DNA of 64,000 nucleotides, from NCBI GenBank assembly GCA_964016885.1, contig OZ024757.1, forward strand, positions 7,812,001 to 7,876,000. Direction: 5' to 3'. The position numbers were made by a program, and so were the translations under genes. The notes under the pieces are model-generated. The model was not told the origin of the DNA and made no database searches. It was given only the letters and a program-made list of their open reading frames with translations. This DNA is from Eledone cirrhosa (lineage: Eukaryota). Positions 52,788 through 64,000 of this stretch are shown piece after piece; position 1 is the stretch's first letter, and every line of letters starts with the position of its first letter.

Positions 52788-52946
52788 TAATTGATCACAA
52801 GAATATCTATTTTGTTAATATTTTGAATTTATATTAATAAATCTGGAAAACCTTTATTTGTTGAGTGCTTCCATTCTATTGTAAAACTCATTCCATGATG
52901 TATTCATTGAACCTTGTTTAACTTTTAAATATATATATATATATAT

Positions 52947-53547
52947 GGTGGCTGCCAACTCTTTTTCGAGTACGGCCACTACTTTATATCCATGTAGGAG
53001 AACCCCTACCAATGCGCTGAACGAGTGTGACTTTTTAGTCCAGCCAGCGACTTGAAAACTCTGGTACAAACACTACACCTGTGACAATTATTGACACATA
53101 GTGCTGGGCCCATGGTACCATGTGACGACAAGTGCAGAGAGATCTCCAGATATAAAGCAATGCCTGTGCCGTGAAGCTTTTATAGTGAGCAAAGGCACTG
53201 CACAAAGCCAGTCCCACTCTCTTAACCAAGATAATATTTACCAAAAAGAAGAACAAGTCAACATCATTGGATACCATCAGGGTTGCAGGTGTTATATCAG
53301 AGTTTTCCTTCTCCTAGAATTCTGCCTTGACAAAGGCTAAGGGGTTATCTCTCCCAGTGATTTTGGATGGCCATTGACTCTTAAGAGCTCCTTTGACAGG
53401 TTTTGTTTTTAGTTCTGCAGGATGTCCAAAGTCACCCTCCTCACCAAGAAACCTTGGTGGGGTTGCCAGTTTAGTCGCCAACGACCCGACCATGGAACAG
53501 GTTGTACTGGGATACATGTTACCAGTAGCACCAACTGGTGACCTGAC
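52947..53547 (-). mobile_element. Bipartite non-autonomous RTE derivative (5' leader + C-terminal C2H2 finger and 3' end)
   Basis: Leader shared with 45302; 53006-53078 (-) reads CSVCTRVFKSLAGLKSHTRSAHW*, resembling the C-terminal finger of RTE ORFs; flanked by (TA)n. Confidence 0.7.
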
Positions 53548-53566
53548 ATAATATATACGTATATGG

Positions 53567-53637
<71 letters not shown>

Positions 53638-53922
53638 TATACGTATATATAACATCCAAACACTCACATATACATATATGTGTGTGTTTGGATGTTATAT
53701 ATACGTATATGTGTGTGTGTACATATATGTAAAATAGGTGTGTGTGAATGCACGTGCGCACACACACACACACACACAATTATATATATATATATCAGGA
53801 ATATACGTCCCACAGGGAGAAATTTGTATATAATAGGGTTTAATTTGAAGCAGAAAAGGTTGGGGACCACTTAAGACAACAAATCGTCCTTTTTATTTTA
53901 TTACAATTATTATTCTTATCAT

Positions 53923-53957
<35 letters not shown>

Positions 53958-54334
53958 GTAATAATGTAATAATAATAAATTTGAAGACTAAAATCCAAAG
54001 AGGAATCGATAAGGATAAATATAGAGCAAATATATAAGAACCGTAGGGCAAATATTTATTAAAATTTTTTCAGAAGATCCCATTAAGGGTGAAAGCAGCG
54101 ATTCTTTGCTTAAACTTTAATCTGTTATTTTAATAAATATATATATATATGCAGAGGTTTGTGGTGTAAATACACAATATATTAATAAATGCAAACTATA
54201 TTTATTTTATTATACATATTTCAAGGGATACTATGACTTTTAGTGAAGAAGAGATCTTAAAGCATGTGGCCTTTGAAATATGTATAATAAAATAAATATG
54301 GTTTTATATAAATATAGTTTCCATTTATTAATAT

Positions 54335-54374
<40 letters not shown>

Positions 54375-54377
<3 letters not shown>

Positions 54378-55380
54378 CTAGCTCTTTCAACTGCGCAGAG
54401 GGTTCTATAGAAATAGTGGACAGGTTCCGTTACCTGGGTGACAAAATCAGCAGTGGGGGAGGGTGCTCTGAAAGTACAGTAGCTAGAGTCAGAACTGGTT
54501 GGAAAAAGTTCAGAGAGCTTATACCACTATTAGCCGCTAAAGGGTTCTCCCTAAAAATGAAAGGCAGGTTGTACGATGCCTGCATACGAACAGCAATGTT
54601 GCATGGCAGTGAGACCTGGGCATTGTGTGCAGAGGATATACGCAGACTAGAGAGAAACGAACCTTGCATGCTCCGCTGGATGTGTAATAGTAATATACGT
54701 GAACGACAAAGCATAAACGAACTAAGGAAAAAATTAGAAATAAGAGGGATCAGATGTTGTTTACTCAAGAGAAGGCTACGTTGGTATGGTCACGTGATGC
54801 GCATGAAGGACGATAGCTGTATAACAAAGTGCAGGGCAATAAAGATAGACGGTAGCCACGGAATAGGCAGACCCAGAAAAACCTGGGACGAGCTGATAAA
54901 CTCCGACCTCACACACTTACACCTCACCAAGACAATGTCACTGGACCGAGACCTTTGGCGGTACTCAGTAATAGAGAAGACCCGCCTTACCTAAATACAA
55001 AGTAAAACCTACTACAGTCAGTAGGCATCTCTAACAAAATACACCCCCGTCCCACCACCCTCACCCCATCCACACCGCCCCCTTCTATGTAAAGTTATGT
55101 TGGTGCCACACCATCCAGGCCGAAACAAATGAGATCGTGTAGGTGTCACGACAAAAAAAAAAACACACAGTCCACGCTGTAATGTGGCCGTGTAGGCAAC
55201 ACGGTAAAAACCTCCCAGACCCACACTATAAATGTGGTTAGTGTTAGGAAGGGCATCCAACTGTAGAAAACCTGCCAGACAGTCCTATGCGAGCAAGACA
55301 ATCACTCTTGCCTCAAGTGGGAAAACCCCCGTCCAAACCCATGCAAGCGTGGAACACGGACGTTAAACGTTGATGATGAT
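54375..55380 (+). mobile_element. 5'-truncated RTE LINE (RT C-terminus, 3' UTR, TGA tail)
   Basis: ORF 54416-54994 FRYLGDKISSGGG..RRLRWYGHV..GRPRKTW; ends GGACGTTAAACGTTGATGATGAT. Confidence 0.95.
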
Positions 55381-55387
55381 ATATATA

Positions 55388-55908
55388 TATGTAGGAGGTG
55401 AGTTTTATTGTAGTACAATTATTACATATTATTAAACCCTTCAAAATACAAACCTTAACTTAACATTATTTTTCTCTTCGTTAATTTTCAAATTCTTTTA
55501 ATTTATACATTATCTTCCAGCGGTTTTTCAACCTCTCTATGTAAAACAATATATTTTTCTCAGTTATAAAAGCTATCTCTCTCTCTCTATCACCCATCTC
55601 TCCTCCTATCTCATCCTTCCTCATTATACTCCTCCCCCTCCACTTTTTACTCTCATCTCCTCCTCTTTTTCATCCTTTCCAACCTCCCCCGCCCTCAAAA
55701 TTGTTTTCCCAATATCACACATCAGTCTAAAACTACTTTTCATATTTTGATTTAAAACTGCACTATTCACAAGTGTTCTTTAACCTTCATATCATGTCTT
55801 CCTATTTTATCTGATGAAAACACTAATGTTATTGCATGATGATATTTGTTTTTGAAATGCGCATAATAAAATACATGGAACTCTTTTAACCATCTTTTGA
55901 TCTTATAT

Positions 55909-55910
<2 letters not shown>
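55388..55910 (+). mobile_element. Penelope-like element remnant, same family as 40455-41290
   Basis: 55520-55910 matches 40840-41200; 55388-55419 is the reverse complement of the family 3' end (41260-41291); KYKP*LN at ~55444-55464 resembles the end of a Penelope GIY-YIG ORF. Confidence 0.7.
55803..55873 (+). ncRNA. Minimal type-I hammerhead ribozyme motif
   Basis: TATTTTAT-CTGATGA-AAACACTAATGTTA..TGATATTTGTTTTT-GAAA-TGCGCA-TA-ATAAAATA. Confidence 0.78.
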
Positions 55911-55941
<31 letters not shown>

Positions 55942-56526
55942 ATACACACACACATATATATATATGTGTGTGTGTACCCTCATTCCGTTTTCGCTGCTAT
56001 TTCTAAAGTGTCTATATATGCTAGAAATAACAGTCAAATACCAACAACCAGGACCCGCAACATTTTTGTCTCGATTTTTTGCGATTAAGTAAGACAAGAG
56101 TTATCTTTCTTGGCAAAAACACCCGGGTTTGTTTACATTAAATTTTCTAGTTTAAAATATTTTCACTGATTTTAAGCCAAAGTTTTTTAATGGCTGCCAT
56201 TTCCGGTTTGTGTTGTGCCTCCACAGGACAGCAGTAAATATGTATATATCAGGGATTCCCAACGAGGGGTGCACGCCACACTGGTGTTAATTTGAATATA
56301 ATAGGGGCCAATTTTAAAGTGATATAATACGACCCAACTTCCAGTTACACTTCGTCTACACATGTTATCGTGTATCTGGCAGCCCCTACGAGAAGTCTGT
56401 TTAGATTTTGGAGTTTATTTTTATATTAAAGGGGAACATAAACATATTTTAGATTGAGGAGGGGCATGGTGCAGAAAGGACACACACGTATATATATATT
56501 TATGGATATGTGCATGTTTGTGTGTG

Positions 56527-56559
<33 letters not shown>

Positions 56560-56657
56560 TTATATACACGCGCGCGCGCACACACGCATATATATATATA
56601 TATTATATATATATATATATGTTATGTATATATATCTATATATATACACACACACAA

Positions 56658-56694
<37 letters not shown>

Positions 56695-57002
56695 TTGTTC
56701 CCAAACTTTTCTGCTACATGCCCCTCCTCAATCTAAAATATGTTTATGTTCCCCTGAGTCTTGTAAAACTGAGTCTTGTAAAACTAATATAAAGTAGAAA
56801 TCCTTTAATGTACTGGGGCCGATATTAACAAAATAATATATTGGATGTGTTTCCCCACCATTGCCCTGGTCGATTGAGCAACTAAAGCAATAACAAAAAA
56901 AAAATAACTTTAATATTATTTTAACCTCTGAAAATCCGAGGTGAAAATTGAGCTCACGACCACAGATTATCTAAAAATTGAAAAAACTTTATATAAATAT
57001 AA

Positions 57003-57387
57003 ATCATCATCATCATCATCATTTTACGTCCGCTTTTCCCTGCTTGCAAGGGTGGGGCGGGAACTGATTCTGGCTTGATTTCTACAGCTGGATGCCCTTC
57101 CTAACACCAACCTCATTTACAGTGAGTGCTGGGTGCTTTTTTGCCGTGGCACCTATACGTCCACTTTACAGTGTGGGCTGGGTGCTTTGTTTTGCCGTGG
57201 TGCCTCCATGACCACTTTACAGTGGAATGATCGGGACCCCATTCCTATCATCTCATTTCTACAGCTGAGTAAACTGGAGCAATGTGAAATAAAGTGTCTT
57301 GCTCAAGGAAACAACACATCAAGTCTGAGAATTGAACTCACAACCGATTGCAAGGCCAATGCTCTAACCACTAAGCCATGTGCCTCC
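57003..57387 (-). mobile_element. tRNA-derived SINE, segmental duplicate of 44603
   Basis: Near-identical sequence and flanks, offset ~12.4 kb. Confidence 0.9.
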
Positions 57388-57675
57388 AAAAATATATAAA
57401 TGTATATATAATAAAGTATGTCCATAGAAACATTTGATAAAATATATACACCATTTCCTCTCCCAATCAGCATAATTAACCACACAAAAAACCAATTAAA
57501 CCAGGCTATAAGATTAAAAGACACCTATGAAGAAATAATAGATAAACAGCCATAGAATATTTACCCAGCATTTCCAACAGCACGTGGGAATCGATTAAAT
57601 ATATCGTCAACCATACACAATTAGGTATAAAATCGAAGTTAGAAGAAAAAATGTATATAAACATACCAAAATTAA

Positions 57676-57725
<50 letters not shown>

Positions 57726-57726
<1 letters not shown>

Positions 57727-58303
57727 AGGTCACTCTCAAGTGCAACTGGTAACATGTAACCCAGTACAACCTGTCACATGGTCGGGTCGTCGGCGACTAA
57801 ACTGGCAACCCATCAAGTTTACTTGGTGAGGAGGGTGATTTTGGACATCCTGCAGGACAAAAACAAAACCTGACAAAGGGCGGAAGAACTAATAAGAGTC
57901 AACGCCATCCAAAAATAGTGTAAATGAGTATATAGTGTATATTTGGTAGCCTTGGTCAGCAATCTGTTTAGGAGAGGGACCATTTTGATTTCAAAGCCAG
58001 GGTGGACAGAGCTCTTTGGCCTTGATAGGCAATCTGTCAAACCAATCCTGACTGGGTTAAACGACGACATTGGTAAGAAGGATGTCGAATCAGTAGATAA
58101 AGCAATGATCAAGTAACTGTGAATTTGGTTCATACTACTAGTGGCAGGGCGATCATATCAACTATTGTTTGGATGTTTCGGTGAGGCACAACTGCTCTAA
58201 CACAGAGTACTGCTTTCACTTGTATGGAGTAGCGACCACAAGTGTATATCCAGCTATTGAAAGCTAAAAAGGAGAGCAAGCTCGACCTGATGATGATGAT
58301 GAT
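57726..58303 (+). mobile_element. Non-autonomous RTE-related element, duplicate of 45302
   Basis: Near-identical sequence and flanks. Confidence 0.6.
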
Positions 58304-58429
58304 ATATAAATAGTAATAATAATAAATTTGAAGACTAAAATCCAAAGAGGGCTCGATAAGGATAAATATATATCAAATATATAAGAACCGTAGAGCAAAT
58401 ATTTATTAAAATAACAGATTAAAGTTTTT

Positions 58430-59884
58430 ACTTAGTTCCAGGTCACTGAAACTCATTAATTTGAAAGGTATTAGTAGATTATATGCTACATTTAATACAG
58501 AAATGGCCTCTAAAGGACTAGAACTCTTCAATTTGAAGGAAATAGTAGATTATATGCCACATGTAATGGCTTCTAAAGTAGTAAAGCTCAATAATTCAAA
58601 GGAAATAGTAGTGTATGTGCAATATTTAATACAGAAATGGCTGTTAAAGGACTAGAACGGATTTAATTGGGGTAAATAGAAGTATATGTGTAATATTTAA
58701 TACAGAAAATGTGTGTAAAGGACTAGAACTCTTCGATTTGAAGGAAATAGTACAGTATATGCAATATTTAATACAGAAATGGCTTCTAAAGGCCTAGAAA
58801 TATCTGATTCAAAGGAGAAATAGTAGTATATATGCCATATTTAATACAGAAATGGCTTGTACAGGACGAAAACTCATTAATTCAAAGGATATTAGTAGAT
58901 TATATGCCATATTTAATACAGAAATGGCTTCTAAATGACTAGAACTTTTAATTTGAAGGAAATAGTACATTATATGCCATATTTAATATGGAAATGGCTT
59001 CTTAAGGACAATAACTCTTTAATTCGTAGTAAATAGTAGTATGTATGCAATATTTAATACAGAAATGGCTTCTACAGGACTAAAACACTTTAATTTGAAG
59101 AGTATTAGTAGATTATATGCAATATTTAATACATAAATGGCTTCTACAGAGCTAGAACTCATTAAATCAAATAAAATAGTAGTGTATATGCAATATTTAA
59201 TACAGTAATGGCTGTCAAAGGACTAGAACTAATATATTTGTAGGAAAGAGTAGTATAATTTAATAGCTTCTACGGGGCTGAAACTCATTCATTTGAAGGG
59301 TATTACTAGATTATATGCAATATTTAATACAGAAATGGTCTTTAAACGACTAAACCTCTTCAATTTGAAGGAAATATTAGAGAACATGCAATATTTAATA
59401 AAGAAATAGCTTCTAAGGGAGTAAAACTAATATAATTGGGGGAAATAATAGTATATATGTCATATTTAATAAAGAAATGGCTTATAAAGCAGTAGAACTC
59501 TTTAATTTGAAGGGTATTTGTAGATTATATGCCATATTTAATATGGAAATGGCTTCTAAAGTATTAAATCTCATTAATTCAAGGGAAATAGTAATTTTTA
59601 TTTAATATTTAATACAGAAATGCCTTCTAAAGTACTAGAAATTTTAATTCAAATAAAATAGTACATTATATGCCATATTAAATATGGAAATGGCTTCTTA
59701 AGGACAAGAACTCATTAATTCGTAGTAAATAGTAGTATGTATGCAATATTTAATATGTAAATAGCTTCCACAGGGCTAGAACTCATTAATTCGAAGGGAA
59801 TAGTAGTGTATATGCAATGTTTAATACAGAAACGTCTTCTACAGGATGACAACTAATATATTTGGAGGAAATAGAAGTATATAT
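58430..59884. repeat. 71-72 bp satellite block 3 (left of LINE copy C)
   Basis: Collinear with 46437-48113 apart from internal deletions. Confidence 0.95.
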
Positions 59885-61705
59885 AATAATGAAATTATTG
59901 TGTAAAGTGCTCAGGTGCACTACAACTCGTCAATATAGTACATAGAATAATACACAAATGTCAGGGAAGTACATGTGTGTATGTGTTAGCTGTAGTGTTG
60001 GCGGATCTCTGAAAGCATTGAGACCTTAAAGGATGCAGTGTCTCGACAACTGATGCAGGTAGTTTGTTCCATGCTTCAGCAACTCTGAGCATCAAAAAAT
60101 GTTTCCGAATGTCATGGGAACTGTGCTGTTTTCTTACTTTGTGGGCATGTCCACGTGTGTTAGACACATGGAAATCAAAAAGGTACTCAGGGTTGTTGAT
60201 GGCAACATGGTTAACAATTTTGTGGGTGTTTACCAAGTCAGTTGCCAGGCGTCAGAGCTTCAATGAATCCATGCCCAGGGAAGCAAGGCGTTCAGAGTAT
60301 GGTAGATGCCTGATGGAGGGTATTTGCTTGGTTGTACGTCTCTGAACAGTTTCCAGGCAGTCAATGTTCTGAGCAAGATAGGGGTTCCAGACTGGTGATG
60401 CAAATTCTAAGTGTGGTCGCACCATAGCCATGTACAGCCTTAAATAGATAGCTGGAGAGTGGCTGACAAAGGTCTTGCTGAGTGATGCTAAGACACCCTC
60501 GGCCCTCTTGACAATTTTAGAGACGTGCTTCGTCCAACGCAAATCGCTGCTGACCGTAATGCCCAGGTCACGTTCACAGGAAGACTTCTTGATATTAGTG
60601 CTGTGGAGGGAGTATGTGGACGCTGGGTTTTTACTCCCAAAATGCATGGTGGTGCACTTGTCCACAGCTAGCTTGAGTTGCCAGTCTGAGATCCATTGTT
60701 GCATTGTGTCCAGGTCAGACTGCAAGCAAGATCTATAGTGTTCAGGATCTGTCCTTTTTATCTCAAGGTACAGCTTGATGTCGTCTGCGTACTTTAGTAC
60801 TGTGGCATTCCTTAAGTTGGCATCTATGTCATTAATATATGCCACAAACAAAAGGGGGCCAAGAACAGATCCCTGTGGTACACCAGATGACATCTCATAT
60901 GGTGAGGAATGCTGTCCCAGAACCGTGACTACCTCTCTTCGACTGAGAATGAAGGACTTCAACCAGTTTATAAGATCATCCTTCACACCCATTGCAGAGA
61001 GTTTTGCCATAAGCCTTTTGTGTGGCACAGAATTGAAGGCCTTCGCAAAGTCAAGGTAAACAACATCCACCCATGAGCCGCCATCATAGATCCGGGTGAT
61101 GTCCTCAAGAAACTCTATAAGTTGATCACAGCAGCTGGAGTTGGGGATAAATCCAAATTGCGAGAGCCGGATAAGACTGTGAGTGCTCCAGAAGTTCCAA
61201 AGTGTTTCTCTGACACAGGATTCCATCAGTTTGGCGATGCAACTACTAAAACTGACTGGACGATAGTTCACAGGTGATGTGCGGTCACCCTTTTTGAACA
61301 GAGGAATGACACTCGCAGTTTTCCACTGTTCTGGAGTAGCACTGTTGTTCAGGCAGAATTGGAAGAAGCGTGATAACTGGTGTAGAAGGAAGTACCCACC
61401 ACGTTTAAGAAGCAGGTACGTAACACCATCAAGACCAGAAGAGGCATGGTTGCGTTTATTTTTTAGGTGACGTCGCAGCATTGCAGGTGTAAATTCCATG
61501 GTTGTAATAGAGTCCGGTGTCATAGGTGGTGGAGATGGTACACTCTGGTCTTCAATAGTGAAAATGCCTGCATAGCATTCAGCAATGAGCTCTGCACATT
61601 CCTTGGGGTCGTCAGTAACCTGGCTTGTGTGGGGATTGCGAAGAGGACCAACTGGAGAGTGAGCCCTCTGCTTTGAGTGAACATACTTCCAGAACACCTT
61701 ACTGT
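59885..61705 (-). mobile_element. 5'-truncated CR1-group LINE (copy C) inserted in the satellite
   Basis: ORF 60252-61736 with full RT motifs (its first ~11 codons are satellite); 3' UTR and short (TAA) tail. Confidence 0.96.
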
Positions 61706-64000
61706 ATGTAATATTTAATACGGAAATAGCTTCCAAAGACTTAGAAACCAGTAATTCAAAGGAAATAGTAGAGTATACACAATATTTAATACAGAAATGG
61801 CTTCTAAAGCACTAGAACTCTTTAATTTTAAGGAAATACTACAGTATATGCAATATATAATACAGAAATGGCTGTCAAAGGACTAGAACTAATATATTTG
61901 TAGTAAATAGTAGTATATATGTAATGTCTTCTGAACCACTAGAACTCTTTAATTTGAAGGATATTAATAGATTATATGCAATATTTAATACGTAAATAGA
62001 TTCCACAGGGCGAGAACTCATTAATTCGAAGTAAATATTGCACATACACTACTATTTCCCTCGAATTTATGAGCTTTACTCCTTTAGAGGCAATGTCCTT
62101 ATTACATGTGACATATAATCTACTATTTCCTTCGAATTGAAAAGTTCTAGTAATTTAGAGGCCATTTCTGTATTAAATATTGCATATAATCTAGTAATAC
62201 CCTTCAAATTAATGAGTTTCAGCTCTGTAGAAGCCATTTCGGTATTAAATATTGCATAGACACTACTATTTCGTTCAAATTAATGAGTTGTAGCACTGTA
62301 AAGCTATTTATGAATTAAATATTGCATATAATCTATTAATACTCTTCAAATTAAAAAGTTTTAATCCTGTAGAAGCCATTTCTGTATTAAATATTGCTTT
62401 CATACTACTATTTACTACAAATTAAAAAGTTCTTGTCCTTAAGAAGCCATTTCCATATTAAATATGGCATATAATGTACTATTTCATTTGGATTAAAATT
62501 TCTAGTCCTTTTCTAGACTTTTCTGAATTAAATATTGCACATATACAAATATATTCGTTCTAGTCTCTTGACAGCCATTTCTGTATTAAATATGGCATAT
62601 ATACTACTATTTCCTTTGAATTGAGGAGTTCTAGTCTTTTAGAAGCCATTTCTGTATTAAATATGGCATATAATCTACTAATATCCTTTGAATTAATGAG
62701 TTTTCATCCTGTAGAAGCCATTTCTCTATTAAATATTGCATATAATGTACTATTTCCTTCAAATTAATGAGATTTAGCCCTTTAGAAACCATTTCTATAT
62801 TAAATGTTGCATATAAAATACTATTTCCTTTAGAAGCCATTTCTGTATTAAATATTGCACACACACTACTATTTCCCTCAAATTAATGAGCTTTAGTCCT
62901 TTAGAAGCCATTTCCGTATTGAGTATAGCATATAATCTACTAATACCCTTTAAATTAAAGAGTTCTAGTCCTTTAGAAGACATTTCTGTATTAAATATGG
63001 CGTATATACTACTATTTCCTCAAATTATATTAATTTTACTCCTTTAGAAGCCATTTCTTTATTAAATATAGCATATACTCTACTGTATCTTTCAAATTGA
63101 GGCGTTGTAGTCTTCTAAAGGCCATTTTTGCATTAAATGTGGCATATAATCTACTAATACCCTTCAAATTAATGAGTTTCAGCCCTGTAGAAGTAATTTC
63201 TGTATCAAGTATTACATATACACTACTATTTTGTTCAAATTAATGAGTTCTAGCACTGTAGAAGCTATTTATGTATTAAATATAGCATATAATCTATTAA
63301 TACTCTTCAAATTAAAGAGTTTTAGTCCTGTAGAAGCCGTTTCTGTATTAAATATTTCATACATACTACTATTTACTACAAATTAAAGAGTTCTTATTCT
63401 TAAGAAGCCATTTCCATATTAAATATGGCATATAATATACTATTTCCTTTGAATTAAAAGTTCTAGTCCTTTAGAAGCCATTTCTGCGTTAAATATTGCG
63501 TATACTCTACTATTTCCTTCAAATTTATGGGTTCTAGCACTGTTGAAGCTATTTCTCTATTAAATATTGCATATACTGTACTATTTCCTTTGAAGCGAGG
63601 AGTTCTATTCCTTTAGAAGCAATTTCTGTATTGAATATTGCTCATATATTATTATTTCCCTTGAATTAATGAGATTTAGTCCTTTAGAAGCCATTTCCAT
63701 ATTAAATATGGCATATAATCTACTAATACCCTTCAAATTAAACAGTTCTACTGCTTTAGAAGCCATTTCTTTATTAAATATGGCATATATACTACTATTT
63801 CCTCCAATTATATTAGTTTTACTCCCTTAGATTTCATTCCTTTCTTAAATATTTCTGTATTAAATATGGCATATAATCTACAAATATCCTTCAAATTAAA
63901 GACTTCTAGTCATTTACAAGCCATTTATGTATTAAATATTGCATATAATGTACTATTTCCTTCGAATTAATGAGCTTTTGCCCTTTAGAAGCCATTTCTA
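61706..64000. repeat. 71-72 bp satellite block 4, orientation switch at ~62035
   Basis: Collinear with 31496-33800 and related to 48114-49918. Confidence 0.95.

Noticed and set aside
61706-61736. Satellite-derived start giving a 494-aa RT ORF
   Set aside because: Chance in-frame fusion at a truncation point with no ATG at the annotated start; endonuclease missing and a premature stop at 60252.

Overview
AT-rich, repeat-saturated eukaryotic DNA with no supportable host protein-coding gene. The SINE/LINE repertoire suggests a cephalopod (octopus-like) genome, which is an inference. The window holds a 13.4-kb G-poor pentamer-based satellite, one near-full-length and two 5'-truncated CR1-group LINEs, several RTE LINEs whose RT carries an inserted PHD finger, tRNA-derived SINEs sharing the RTE 3' UTR, two CRE-like endonuclease fragments, a non-autonomous Helitron, an internally deleted Merlin transposon, hAT-type MITE ends, four blocks of a 71-72 bp satellite, several minisatellites and overlapping segmental duplications. 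Best leads: (1) seven minimal type-I hammerhead ribozyme motifs in Penelope-like, often palindromic, non-coding elements, including a U3-A8 core variant; (2) a C4HC3 PHD finger inside the RTE reverse transcriptase; (3) a LINE + 4-kb satellite composite that may have moved as one unit; (4) a 26-copy 61-bp minisatellite born from a hairpin-bounded segment of a LINE ORF2. All calls are by eye and boundaries are approximate unless stated.
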